A stretch of DNA of 56,118 nucleotides, filler included, from Sphacelaria rigidula (lineage: Eukaryota): assembly GCA_964200075.2 (NCBI GenBank). It is 7 parts of 7 records of this genome, joined end to end, with 100 filler letters (N's around TTAATTAATTAA, not from the genome) between each part and the next. Parts side by side here need not be neighbours in the genome. Positions count along the whole stretch, not along the records: positions 32,126 to 40,056 come from CAXNAA020012937.1; positions 40,157 to 48,087 come from CAXNAA020012938.1; positions 48,188 to 56,118 come from CAXNAA020012939.1; 4 more parts are not named here. One strand, written 5' to 3'. Numbering within the stretch: position 1 is the first letter of the stretch; each line of letters starts with the position of its first letter. Below are positions 36,383 through 49,394 of this stretch, piece by piece. A program made the position numbers and the translations under genes. Under the pieces are notes generated by a model that did not search any database, was not told where the DNA came from, and saw nothing but the letters and a program-made list of their open reading frames with translations.

Positions 36383-36451
36383 GAGACACTGACGGAAATG
36401 CAGCCACAGCTGGCGCAGGCGGCGATCGACACGGAAGTGCTCATCAAGAAG
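36383..36451 (+). CDS. Dynein heavy chain exon (stalk CC1)
   Basis: TCAG acceptor, AAG|GTAAGA donor. ETLTEMQPQLAQAAIDTEVLIKK, phase 0/0. Confidence 0.9.
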
Positions 36452-36518
36452 GTAAGACTGTTCGTCTTCGGTTGGTGAGTTCCGACTCGACTACGTACGA
36501 TTGATGACCAATTCCTAT

Positions 36519-36778
36519 GACACTTTCTGCGATAACCCTCCCCCCCTCAAAAAGTGGCCGGTTTGAGGAGGCAAAATCTACACGTAAATCGAAATGAAAA
36601 ACGCCTAGCACAATGAGCGAGCAGCTGGGGATTCCCACGCTTGGGTTCATTTTCACCAATGTCGCCGATATGAGGCGGTTCATGCAGCCTAAAACCAGAC
36701 ATGATGCGCTGTATGATCCTTGTTTTCGTGACAGTTTTAGACTGGTTTCGAGAGGGGGGTGTTGCAGAAAAAAGTGTC
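36519..36778. mobile_element. MITE family E with 4-bp TSD (CTAT), in a dynein intron; fragment also at ~18860-18945
   Basis: GACACTTTCTGCGATAACC... / ...AAAGTGTC, flanked by CTAT on both sides. The body aligns with 10548-10797. Confidence 0.9.
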
Positions 36779-37075
36779 CTATATCGATCGGAACACGACA
36801 TAAGTTCGAAATAAGATCGCTTTTTTGTGCGAAGAAGACGGATAATCGACGTACGCAAGGAGGTCACTAAGGATACTGAGCTCGCTGCGGCACGACGAGC
36901 GGATTCAGATGTGCATTCCTATCAACAGCGTTCATGTGATCGACAAAGAGCACTGAGACAAACGTCATGTATAGCGGCATGCACAATACCTGCGCGATAA
37001 GAAAGCCATTTCAATTCGTCATCCGACGACAACTGGACGGTGCCATGTTTTGTCCCGCATTTATATATTTTCAAG

Positions 37076-37189
37076 GTCACAGCGGATCAAATGGCAGCGG
37101 ACGATCAGCAAGCGATCGTGGAAAAAGACGTAGCGGAAGCGAACAAAGTTGCCGCGAACGTAAAGGTCATCAAGGACGACTGTCAGAAG
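37076..37189 (+). CDS. Dynein heavy chain exon (stalk CC1)
   Basis: TTTCAAG acceptor, AAG|GTGATA donor. VTADQMAADDQQAIVEKDVAEANKVAANVKVIKDDCQK. Confidence 0.9.
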
Positions 37190-38480
37190 GTGATATCTAC
37201 TGCAGAATCTTGTGCGTTTAGCACTGGCGATCTCCACCCCATCCCATACATACATCGCTTGTTGACGAAATGGCGTACCACACCGTCTATCTCGATTCGT
37301 CTCTTTGTTGGTTAAAACTGTAAGCTAGAGCCAAACCTCGTTCCGAACTGAACAATTTTGCGGCCATTCAATCGTTTTGCACACACATGATGCGCGGAGA
37401 ACGTTGCGATTAGACACAGTGGGAGCATGAAAAAACGTCTCGGCCGATTGGTCATTCGCCACTGTACCACAGAACGTGACGTACATCATACTGCTACTTT
37501 GAACTCATACATGAAGAACGCCGGTGGCAACGAGTGGAGAAACGCGGAGCACAGATGCTAAGCTGGTGGCGATAGCACCTCCAGGCGCGTGTAACGCAAG
37601 AATACGCAAACCCGTACGTCGACCCGTGCATACCTTTTCCACCCGGATTCCCTGCAAGAGGAGTCAGGAACACCGAACACAGGGCCACCAGCCATGCAGT
37701 GAGGGTTCCCCAGGTCGTTCGTACAAACACTCGGAAGGCGTGTGCCCTGTGCACGGTTGGTGCAATTCATGAAAACTTGGGCAGTACAATGATCCCGCTT
37801 CGTCCACCCTGGGCACGTGTGTCTTTTGACCACGGCTGGATTCCTCGGAGATAAGTCGATGTTGGTGCCTGATGGCCAACCCACCGAAACATCAATCGAT
37901 ACATCACCCAGTTGGTCGATGCGTTATCGTTTTTCAATCGACGCCAGACTCTGTCGGAATAGGCGAAGTTGAAGTAGTATGTTTTTCTCCGTGATGAAAC
38001 GGGAGTGGCGAAGGGAAATGATCGTCAGCACGCATATACCGTGGAGTCTAGTGTATGCGACCTGCAGGTGATGGAGTTTTGCGAGCCAATCATTCATCAC
38101 CCGTAGGTCGTGCTCAGGGGGGGCGACATACCACGCACCCCCATACAGCACTATATAGGTGCCAACGTGTTTACAAAAAAAGGCCGAGGCCTAACCATCA
38201 GGTAGAGGCGGGAAGGCTCGTGTACAACGTATGAGCCTTACTCAACTTGATCAACGGTAGTCATGACTCTGCGGCGTCCCTAGGAATCTGATGCAGAGTC
38301 CCGACAAACGTCCCTCATCCCTATAGGAACTGAACTGAACGCAGAATAGCTAATGCTATTCCACGACCATGCATGTCTTGAAGAGAGTATCTCCTGAAAA
38401 CGGATTCCCTACTCCTTTTTACCGTCATGATGAACAATGTCTTCTCCATTATACTTCCCCCCCCCCCCCCTCCCTCGCAG

Positions 38481-38585
38481 GATTTGGACGCAGCGATGCC
38501 TGCGTATTATGCGGCCATCAAGGCTCTGGACTCGTTAGACAAGAAGGCCATTCAGGAGATGAAGAGTTTTTCCAACCCTCCACAG
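38481..38585 (+). CDS. Dynein heavy chain exon (microtubule-binding domain start)
   Basis: Poly-C plus GCAG acceptor, CAG|GTTCGT donor. DLDAAMPAYYAAIKALDSLDKKAIQEMKSFSNPPQ (DLxxAxP...ExKSFxxPP). Confidence 0.95.
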
Positions 38586-39767
38586 GTTCGTAAAAATGTG
38601 GGAGGGATTGTCGAGGAGTTTCTGCAACGTTCTTACTCGGTACACGGCAGTGGTGAATCTAGCATACTGTTTTTGCTGCTGCTGACCACGGGCTGGATTG
38701 TTGCAATCAGCTAATGTGAGATAATCAATCAATCAATCAATCACTCAACTGTGCTATGCTTGTGGCGTACGTACATAGCTATGCAGCAAACCTTTCCATG
38801 ACTAACCCACACTATTTCAGCACTAGAGCACCCACAAAGCCCTGTCCCTCGCGGCAAGAGCAACATCGGTAAGGTTTGCTTTACAGCCATCATCGAGATG
38901 TCAACCCTCGGGAGGTTTGCGATTTCGTTGGATAGTTTTCAGCCGCCTCGTTCTCCAAGCCGGAACCAGGCTGATATCCCCCGTACGGGGCTTTTCACGA
39001 GTGAACAAGATGCATCCTTTGATATGATGTGCACTACCTGGTCACAATTTTAGGACGGGAACGGCATTGTCATGCTTCGAGCTTTGAGCTATTCGGTCGG
39101 TTACCTCTGCACGGGATGCTAGTGATTCTTTCTACAGTATGCAACTTCATACGCCCATGCCTCGAGCCCTCGAGCCCTCGGGCATGTCTGTCTCTTCAGT
39201 CAACATTACGTCCACACTAGCAATAGTGGCCTATCTACTTGGGCCCACGTCATGGGAAGGGTCACTTACCGCATTTCCACCCAGGCCCGCCATACTGTTG
39301 TCGGTATCACCGTTTTCGCGTACTTTCGGGGTCCAAGGTTACGGTCAAATCAAGGATTGCGACCACCTTGCTGTGTTTGGCGTCACGTAGTGGATCTCGA
39401 CGACATTTCACGCTCGACGCGACGGATGACGCCCCGTCGTTTACATCCGCATTCATTTTCGCGCAACTTGAGCAAACGTTATGGAGACACACGGGCATCC
39501 CTCTCTTCATTTTCTCAACAAGGCCCTCTAATGCACGTTCTTTTCACACACACACACACACACACACAGTCGAGCACCATTTATGCGACGTCTTATACGC
39601 TGGCAGAATTACACGCAAACCTGTACATACTGTAAATGAGCACTGACTGGTGAGCTATACCACGGTAGAGGGGGCAAGAGTGTGTCGTTCAATTTTCCCG
39701 AAATAGCTACTTTCTGAAGATTGCTCAGGTCAGTTATTTTCAGTTTTGCTTTTCTTGAGTACGTCTA

Positions 39768-39850
39768 TCATGCGACCACGGCTGGGCCCCTGGGGGGTCA
39801 GTTAAAGTGCGGCAATCAATCAAATCAAATCAAATCAAATCAAACCATCA
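39768..39850 (+). repeat. Retroposon-like 3' ends with (AATC)n tails. Also 48513-48586, 38683-38745, 4311-4414
   Basis: T-rich region, then GACCACGGCTGG...CCTGGGGGGTCA-TTAAAGTGCG-CAATCAATCAA(n). The 4311 and 38683 copies are more diverged. Confidence 0.65.
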
Positions 39851-40659
39851 ACGAAGAGTACTTGGAGTGGCCTTGATCCCGAACGATGATAGCAAGATGT
39901 CGGTAGATTCCACAGGCACTGTAGGTGAGGTAGGTAGCCGGTACCGGTGTTTGGGACATTTCATATCCTAACGATACCGACCCAATCCGGTATTTTCGAA
40001 TGTCATACTTACGATACCTACGATACCACGGTATTTCGAGATTTCAATACCTATCGNNNNNNNNNNNNNNNNNNNNNNNNNNNNNNNNNNNNNNNNNNNN
40101 TTAATTAATTAANNNNNNNNNNNNNNNNNNNNNNNNNNNNNNNNNNNNNNNNNNNNTATGAAAGTCATTTGTCATGAATTCAGGGCAGGGAAAGCACGGC
40201 TTTTGAGTTGAACCTCATTTGTTTTTCAACCCCATTTTCGAGAATCCACTGTTTCTTGTTATCTTCGCAATGGCGGTAAGCGTGGGGTGGAAGCTCGCGG
40301 GCGTGTGCTTCCCGACTGGCACAGGCAAAGGCAGGACACTCGCTAGTGCAACAAAATTGTCCATCTACTGATGTGGAGTGAGCTTTCCGGAGGAACAAAA
40401 TCACCTCAACACCGACCACTCCCAGGCTTGAATAAATGTACTAGAAATGAAGTTCGTTTCTTAGACCACTTTGTATGGCAGTCGAAAAAACGTATCTGTA
40501 CGCAGATCCGGGAACGCATTGTATGGACCCCAATGTGGCTAAAATCGGGGAAGCTCAGATTCGTTTCTCACGATTTGAGAACGGGTTTACACGAATCTGA
40601 GCCCAGATCAGTGGAAAATCGAGGTCCCCCGAATCTGTAGCAACTGACATATGTATGTT

Positions 40660-43600
40660 GACGTGCAGTGATAGGAGACCACGGAGAATACGCTACCGCA
40701 AACAGGTGATCAACGTGCAAAGCTTCTCGCAGTCGGGCCAAGATCGCATTCTTGAAATGCGTGGCAGTATCATTCACCCACATACGCGGCACCCCCAAAT
40801 GTTCGCACCAATTCAGCAAAGATGCAGCGGTCGATTCGGCAGTACGCACTGCTACTGGTTCCAGAGCCACAAAGTTGCTCAAGTCATCCATGATTACCAA
40901 AATGTATCGAAACCCAGCATTGTCCGACAAACTTTGGGAAGCTAGCGGGCTACTCTCGCCCACGTACAAGAAGTCAAAATGAACAACTTCATTCGGCGTG
41001 GTCCCATGGACCGTTTCGCCGAGCGGGCGGGGAACAATATCACTCACCCTCGAGTCAGCACAGTGAAGACACTGGCGGACAAATGCGGGCACATGAGTTT
41101 CTATCCCCTGCCAGACACAAACCTCTTGCAAGCGCACGAGCGTCGCAGCCACACCACGATGCCCGGCGTCGCGCATGTGCGCGCAAATCATCAGACGTAC
41201 CTGCAGCTTTGTTAGAACTCGGAATCCACAAAACGTTTCGACCACGCACATGCACACGAAACAGACCTTCAGTGTCCAAGATAGCAGTACCAACGTCCGA
41301 CTCGAAAGATTGCACATCCGCATCTTCGGCTCCAACGTCTTTTCGGTGCGCTTGGCGGACAACAGATTTGGACGGCATCGAGTCATCAGGTTGACACAGA
41401 TCATACACAGCCACAGCGCGCACAGGCATTTCAGTTTCAACTGAGGGCACCTGCATGGCCAAACTACCCCGATGGCACTCAGATGCATCCGGAAACATAA
41501 GCACCTGACAATCAGGACGAGAATGGAACAGCGTCACGGCATGAGCTGCCAGATCCTTCGCTGCTGCTCATGCCTGCAGCCTGCTCTCCGTCCACGATGC
41601 AGCCTTCTGCGGAATCGCCATATCTGGACTGGACCACCCCGCCTGCAAATTCAGTAACACCAGCCCGAGCGGCAAAAGAGCCGCCACGCACAACGCCAAC
41701 CAACTCGACTTCACTGGATCGTACCGCCGCGGCTTCGTCTTCACCGTGGACGCCCCAGGTTTTGGCTGAACACCCATGGGCTCCACGCGCGCAGGGGCAT
41801 CACCCCGTAGCGCACGTCGAAACGCGTTGACGCGGCAATGCAATATGCCGCGCAGGCGCTCTCCCGCTGTTGAGACGCTGAGGCCTGTTGCCCCAGCATC
41901 CGTCATGCTCTCCTCCAGCGCGACCTTCCGAGCGGACTCCTCTTCCGCCGAAATCATTATCATCTCCGGGCCGCGCTCTACTGGCTGTTCCATCGCCGCA
42001 TCCCGCTCTTCGGTCACCTGCCCTCCAGCCTCCTGACAAGTATCTACCGATAAACTCACACTATGACTGCCCAAAAAGACGGGCGTCTCCAAGCCTAGGC
42101 CAGGCGGAGACCAGCGCAACCTTCCGAGCGGACTCCTCTTCCGCCGAAATCATTATCATCTCTGGGCCGCACTCTACCGACCGTTCCACCGCCGCATCCC
42201 GCTCTTCGGTCACCTGCCCTCCAGCCTCCTGACAAGTATCCACCGATAAACTCACGCTACGACTGCCCAAAAAGACGGGCGTCTCCAAGCCTAGACCAGG
42301 CGGAGGCATCCGCGTCTTCATGGAGTCCCACAACCGCCGAGCGTTGACTCCAATATCCTGAACCATCGGCAGCCCCAGAAGAATAACGCCATCCGACCCC
42401 GGTATGATCGCAAACGAGATCGGAGCAACTGCACCGGCCTCCAGGAAGTCATCAAAGTCAGCTGCAGCGAAACAGTATGCTCTGTGACGTAAACATGCTG
42501 ACACGACACGGTGACGGCCTGCCGCGTCCCAAGCGAAAACGGAATGCGCAGCGGCACACCCCAGAGAGGACGCTCCAACATCTCTGCAATCTGTACCGAC
42601 AGACTCACATGATCCGTCAAGTGGGCGCCAGAATCCCACTTACCCCGAACCGCGATAGCTCCACGCTCCCGTTGATTCGGGAGACACAGATCTGCAGGAA
42701 CGTAGTTGTGCGCAGTCTACATTGACATTTTATTGGGCGACCAATGCGCCGCTAATCCCACTTGACGCCACGGTTGCGCAGCAGGCGAAGACGCCCCGGC
42801 AGGTTCAAACGGCACCGCCGGCGGGTATGATCTCCCAGCCAGCAGACCAAGAATTTGGCCAACCTCCGACCAGCGCGTCAGCAGGCGTCGCGCTTGGCGC
42901 TGCTGCCGGTGTCGCCGCCGACGCCACCACCGGCGCCGGCGCAGTGTTCGACACTATATAAGTCGGTCTCACCTGCACCGCCCGTTGCGGAGCAGCAGCA
43001 CCTACGGCTGCGCCAGACCCATGACCAGGCCCATGCTGCGCCGCTGCCCCTGCTGCTGCTGCTGCTGCTGCTGCTGAGGGCTCACCTGCGACCCTCCATC
43101 GCCGAGGGACCCGCCGCCACCACCACCATTACCTCGTCTTTTGCCCTTGTGCTGACACTGCTGATGGCGCGCGGCATGAGTCTGCCCAGACTCTCCACCG
43201 GAGGACGTTGGGCAATCGCGCGCGTAATAACCGACCTGGCCACAACAGTGGCAAGTACCCGCCGCACGCCCAGCGTGCTTTCTGATCGCCGCAACCAATT
43301 GCGGGGGGTGATTGTAACATTTTTATGCTCCGAAGGAGTAAACACTCTCTGCACATACGTTGGCACTTGTTGAGCCATTGGCACCTCCTGATGCCGCACA
43401 GCGCCCCCTGCGTTAGTGTGCTTCACACGCTTCTTGTATTCAAAGTACTTCGTAATAAAAGTGCGACATGCTCTCTCTGAGTACCTATCCCCGTTTTGGG
43501 GAGGTCGAAACTCTTCCCGCATGACCACGGGTGTCGCCGTAGCTGTAACCGGCTATCTACGAACCTTTGCAGGCCAGCGGACCTTCGCGAGTAGCACTTT

Positions 43601-44320
43601 CCTTGCCTCGTCGCCGTACCACACAGTCGTAGGAGCCTCCAAACTCCCGCTGCACGCAGCTTGAGTAAGTCTCCAGCCTGGATCAATCACAGGCCAGCCG
43701 CGTTTCTGCAGCTACCACCAGCTTGAATGTTACGGCGGATATCGACTGTATATGTAATAGGCGTTTCGAAGTACGCGTGGCAAGTGCCCTAGGTGTTATT
43801 CCATTCGCATGTTGTTGTTGTATTTCAACTGGGCGTCCTTCACCGGAGCCCCTCGCCCCTCACAACTTCCATCACCCAGCAACTTCAGCTGTAGCTAACC
43901 AGTAGCCATGCTTAAAAACAAAGCTATCAGCCACCACTTGGAGACATATCGCTTGCAAGCAAGTCAAGAGCACCTCTCTGCACACGAAAGTGAGTCCCTG
44001 CTTGGCCTTACGATGCAGTGCTGGTCGGACTCGAGGGTCTGTTACCCACGAGTTTAAGGGTGATTCCTCTCGACTGCAGTCTTTCAGTGCAGCCAGCCGC
44101 TAGCTTCGTGCTACCCCTTGCCTGGTATATTCTTCGAGAGTGACACCGGTATCACTTCGTGATCAGACTACGACATGGTGACCAATCGAGAATATACGCA
44201 GTACTGCATAGTCACATCGCTGTAGAGCTGCACTGCTTCGCGGATTGTCTGCGTACTGGATAGCGCAACAGTTGTGCCTTCTGTGCGGCTTCAGGCGGAC
44301 GGATAACCGATCGCGTGACA
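40660..44320 (-). mobile_element. Decayed Ty3/gypsy LTR retrotransposon (5' LTR, gag, pol, integrase; 3' part missing)
   Basis: Gag knuckle CHCCGQVGYYARDC (~43215-43260). Protease-like DGVILLGLP. RT N-terminal signature ARVEPMGVQPKPGASTVKTKPRRY...WSSP. RNase H start (FPDASE). Integrase HxxxAGHRGVAAT...CLHC, VHFDF, DDLS, DTATHFKN, AYSPW. Multiple frameshifts. Confidence 0.9.
43728..44320 (-). repeat. Putative 5' LTR (593 bp) followed by PBS-like TGGTGGTAGC at 43720-43711
   Basis: On the minus strand it starts TGTCACG and ends CGTAACA (TG...CA with short inverted termini), directly upstream of a TGG-starting motif and gag. No second LTR is available to confirm. Confidence 0.55.
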
Positions 44321-45328
44321 ATTTTTGATTTTTAAATGTTCACACTTTTTCGTGACAGATCAGAGCTGTAACACGCAGCTGTCTCATGTGCTCGGTGCCT
44401 CCCGCACCAAAGCGGCACTGGAAGTATACCCTGTCGTGCACCCTGCCACACGGCCCTGCGTGTTCACGGTGTAGTCGCCCACATGCACCATCGTTACAAC
44501 AGAATGCTACAAATGGCATGCGGCCGCCTGTACACGAGCTTGCGCTGGAAGACGAGCGGATTTTGAAAATTCTGTTCACGCCTCTCAGTGCAGTACACAT
44601 TCTTTCATAATAGGTTTGGATGTTACTGTGCCACGTGCGCATTGTGTACTAAGTGCTTTGTAGGCTGCAGGTAAGTGCTGTTGTCCCACCACTAGAGAGT
44701 GAAGTGGCCCGAGACGGTAACCGGCGAACATGCGTGCGCAGAGCACACATAGCCAGCAAGTGGGGATAAAGTCCACCTGGAGGTAATTATATATGAAGGC
44801 TGTTGATTGCTCGCGAACAGTCAGATATTGGGAGACCGCACTCCGCGTGCAATGTTCGCGGTTCAGATGTGTCTTTCATGTCACGCTCCTATTATATCTG
44901 GTGCCGCGGTACCTACCTATGCTAGCCAGGTACGCGTTCGGATGGTGTTTGCACTGTGTTAGCCAGGTACGTGATCGCATGGTGTTTGCACTGTACTGCG
45001 TGCGGTGGCAGCGTGTTTGCGCTGTCTGCAATTTCGTACCAAAGAACCCTGAGCGCACAAACAGGACTGCTCGAGCAGTTGTCGGATCATTCTGTGTGAG
45101 TCCGAATGAATTTGTGACCAACATACGGGGCATCTATGCTGGAGTCATCCTGGGTGCGAAACATGTTCAACGCCCGGCAAATGACGAATGGCCCCTAGTA
45201 TGATTGCTTGATGTGCGGCATTGTGAAAAGTCATTGCGCGGGTCAAGTCGTTTGGATTCGCTTCCGCTCCACGCCACAACATGTCGCCACTACATTGGGA
45301 TCTTCTCATCGGCCTACCTTTCGACACA

Positions 45329-45442
45329 TCATATCGTCACTTCACTACATGGGATCGTCACTTCACTACATGGGGCAACTTATCGTCACTACATGGGGCA
45401 ACATATCGTCACTTCATGGGGCAACATATCGTCACTACACTA
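45329..45442. repeat. Minisatellite, ~22-bp unit (CATATCGTCACTACATGGGGCAA)
   Basis: About five degenerate tandem units. Confidence 0.8.
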
Positions 45443-47039
45443 CGGAGGCATCGTGGCTTCTTCAGGTCGGCAAACTGGGGGCAACCAGTGCCGTTGCTCG
45501 GCAGCAGTAGACACCGATTGTAGGAGCTATTACATGCGTGGCTCACACCTTGATCATGTCATTGTGTCCACCCTTTCTCTACTGTAGCGTTGCGTTTGAC
45601 TCTTCCGTTTACAGTGACCCACAGTTCATTTTTATTTCATTTTTATTTTATTTTATTCTATTTTTGTCTACTATTCACGTCTTGATTTTTTATGATATTT
45701 CGGGATTGCACACGAACATCGGAAGAGCACGCACTAATACTACGCCCCCCCGTCCGCCCCTGCCACTTTTGCTGTTCGATTTTTCTCGCTTCTGTCGCCC
45801 CGAACGTGCCTGCGTGATGCCGCGAGTCATACCATGGTCGTTGGTAGTGCATCACCATGTTTATTTCCTCTCCCGCCGGGAGTTTTCTTGCTGTTGAATG
45901 TTTTCTCTTTCGCGATCACACTGTTTTATACTAGCGATCCCTTTCCCTCATCGTCTGCATTTAGCAGTCGTAGCCCACGATGAACTATTTGCGTCATTCT
46001 CTCCTTTCACCAGCTCGATTTTTTTTTTCTTTTTGCCCCCTGTCTGCCGTATGGTACCCCTTGATTTTCTGCTGTTTTTCTCCTCTCGTTCTACACTCTC
46101 AGTATATTATCTCTACTCCCCGTGGCAGTGTTACTCTACAGCCATCTTCGCTATTTGCTTTTGCTACTTTCATGTTGCAAGCTACAGCCCCGCCCATCCA
46201 TGGTGTGTTTTTGGCAAATATTTTGCTAAAGCCATTGCCTGACGCACGAAAGTACACCCCAGGTACATTTGTCTTGAGAAACCTGCGATGGCAAACTTCA
46301 GGGACGACTGCAAAGCGCAACGAAAGCCAACTCGGGATAACGGGTGAGATCGGGCATCGACAACGGCTACACCAATCGTAGCCAATGGCGGTTTGCTAGG
46401 CATCTGAGAAGAGGGTGTAACCATATATCGGGAAGATTGTAGCGCAAGGTTAACAGGTGGGTGAATCGGAGAAACGGGAGCTGGTGGGCGTTCCGCTTGG
46501 CTCTCTGGACACTGGACTGATCTCCACGGACCCCAAGCAGGTTCTGGCCACCATCAACGGTGAGCTACAAATACCCCTTGTTTGAGAGTACTGTACTCCA
46601 TTCGCAGCAAATCAACGCCACTTTTTTGTCGAGTAGCGTCACGTAGCTCCCAAAGTGGTAGACCCGAGACCTCCAGAACAGCACCGATCAAGGTTCCGTA
46701 ATAGGTGTGAGTACTGGTCATTCCGCACAGTTCACGAAGGAACGAAGGTAGGCGAAGTGCTCTCCGCAGAGGGGGAAACGCCTACTTCATCCGCAGACCT
46801 CGAACTGGACACAGTGGCGAATGATCGTGCTCTGTAGACCCTCACCAACGCATCCAATCTGATCTCCAAGTAGATCCTTTGAGAAAACCGGTGCAATCGG
46901 ACCTGAGGGGGCGTACTCACTTGTTGATTGCCTTAATCGTTCGACCACTGACAACGCATCCCTTTCGAGACGGAACACCGCTCCTACTCCTAGTAGTCAC
47001 CGTCAACATTCCGGCGCGCATTACGCTTCTTCCATCACT

Positions 47040-47995
47040 CATTACGTTCCTTCCACACATTGCGCAAAAACCTTTTACATATCTAATACATCAGGCGATG
47101 TCATGCTACCTTCGTTCACGTCCCGTATTTCCCCCTCTAGCACGTCCCGTTCCTTCTTGCACAGTTCACATTGTGCCACTCTATGACTTCTGCTCTCTAA
47201 TGCTTTGCCACAGCGGCAGTTCTGTCGATTTACTTCCTCCTTTTTCTGACAGCTAGTATACTCCTTTCTTCTTTCCGGCAGGTCCAGGTATTTACCCGAA
47301 ACCGCAGTTTCAATTTTTCGCCGCATCCACGGGACTATGCAGATGTGTGCTCATTCCGATCCCCTCTCTCAACCCCCCGTATATTTCTAGGTGTTCTTTC
47401 TCGTCTACCTTACGTCTGAGCGCTTCTTTTTTCCCCCTTATCTTTATCATGTTGCTCACTTTTGTCTTGTACCCCGCGCCTGCATCTAGGGACAGTATTT
47501 ATTTCGTCTTGGATCCCTCTTATCTCCTTCCATACTTTTCTCGACTTCTCTATGCCACCTTATGGCATCCACTTTCGTACTTTTCTTCCATACAGCCTTA
47601 TCAACGACACCTGACAGTCTCTTTCTCTGCATGTTCAAGCGATATTGCCATCTGAGTTTCCTCATCCCTTCTGTTTGTTTTAAGTGAGTACATTTCCACC
47701 TCTGCTCTCAAAACTGTATTACTCGTCATTTTCGAGCATCCAAGTATTTTCTCAGCTACTTCTATCTGCACTGTTTCTAACTTCTTTACCAATTTCACGT
47801 TCCACTCCCATACTTCTCCTGCATATTCCAACTGTGGTACGATCAAGTTCATCAGGATACATCTCTCAATCCTGGTGTCTGGGTGCGGGTCTCTGAGGAT
47901 CACGTTCATCCTTCCTATCTGTGCCTTACCCTTTCAATTACCTTGTTTATTTGTGCATTCCAAGAACAGGGTTTTGAGGTCTCTACGCCAAGGTA
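47040..47995 (-). mobile_element. Non-LTR retrotransposon (LINE) ORF2 C-terminal relic
   Basis: LIVPQLEYAGEVW...KLETVQ...KILGCSKMTSNTVLRAE (RT thumb region) and a C-terminal CRCGKALESRSHRVAQC zinc-finger-like motif. Frameshifted. Confidence 0.8.
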
Positions 47996-49394
47996 TGTAT
48001 ATTGGTCTAGAATCGACAGTTCCTCCCCTCCCCACTTGCAGCCTGGTCCGGCGAGAACCCGGCGTGCTCCGTCCCGGCTTTGTAGGGNNNNNNNNNNNNN
48101 NNNNNNNNNNNNNNNNNNNNNNNNNNNNNNNTTAATTAATTAANNNNNNNNNNNNNNNNNNNNNNNNNNNNNNNNNNNNNNNNNNNNGCTCTCTGGTGTG
48201 TGTCTGTATCTACTCTGCTGCCATGAATCCCTTACGTTTTTTTTTTTTTTCCATCGTTCCAGTGTATTTTTATTTTATTTTGTACTTTCCTCTTGTTTTC
48301 CTCCTTTTTGCTTCAGGTCGGCTATTTCTTTCTGCGCTTTGCTTGTGTTGAATTTTCATTACTTTTTTTTGTCACGACTTAATCTGCCATGTCGTTGTGT
48401 TCGACCCCTCTCTCTTTTTTTCTTTTTTCCTGTTCCTATTGTTTTCAGTCCTTTTCTTTTCTTTTTCCTTAGAGCATGTTTGAATTCCGTTTTTGTTGGG
48501 TACGTACGTCTGTCATGAGACCACGGCTGGATCATGACTACCTGGGGGGTCACTTAAAGTGCGACAATCAATCAATCATTCAATCAAGGAATGGCAACGA
48601 ACAAATGGCCAAAAAGATGGAAACCAAAAAGCATGCTCCAGCTAGCTTGGTTGGGTCTGTCTCAAACAGACCAAGTACGGTAATAGTAGAACGCCGAAAA
48701 AGGTGACATAAATATTTTCGAAAGCCGCAGGTACACGGCTGTACGTGCGCTGTACAACAGTTTGCAACATGTGTCGAATCACGAACGTTTTCACTTTGTT
48801 CGCTACCGTAGCGCGACGGAGAGTACCGCATGTAGTAGTATGGGGTACTCTATTCTGTAGGTGGGCTGTTGCTATGCTGCGTTTCATGTCGAAATGGCTG
48901 CAGGATCATAGTGAAACGTGGTTCTCGCGGAGCAAGGACAGGACGAGAATCGCGAAACAAGAAACAGAGATACCCGGTTGATAGGTCCGTATCAAAGTAG
49001 AAACCATAATGCAAGAAATGGAGCTGGCGCCTGCCCTCAGAATAGGGAGTTGAGACTCAAACCCATATGGACGCTCCCTAAATGCGGGCGCCCTCTCTAG
49101 GGCTGGGAGAAGAGAAAAGAATTAAGAAAAAAGGAACAAAGCAGGGAACTAGAAGAAAGAAAATAAAGCGAAGGAATCGAGATACAAAGTAGTACATCGA
49201 TAGAGACCAAGGCTGAGGACCATCGCTAGAGTTGCAAGCGACGGGAAGGAATCAACAACCAACAGAAGAAAGGCACGTGTATCAGTTCCTTTGCTCTTTC
49301 CCCCGCCCTCCCCAACTCCTTCCCTCATCCCTAGTCGGGTGTGTATGTAGGTATCGGTATTGTTTTTCCTATTATCCACCTTGGATTCTCGTGG

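Noticed and set aside
37450-37900. RKACALC fragment as a piggyBac cysteine-rich domain
   Set aside because: Only one CxxC, and no TIR, TTAA or catalytic motifs were recognisable.
44340-45300. Possible Helitron Rep relic
   Set aside because: No diagnostic HUH or helicase motif could be read; too degenerate to support.
2402-46980. Family A/B repeats as a CRISPR array
   Set aside because: Dispersed on both strands, no regular spacers, no cas genes, eukaryotic context.
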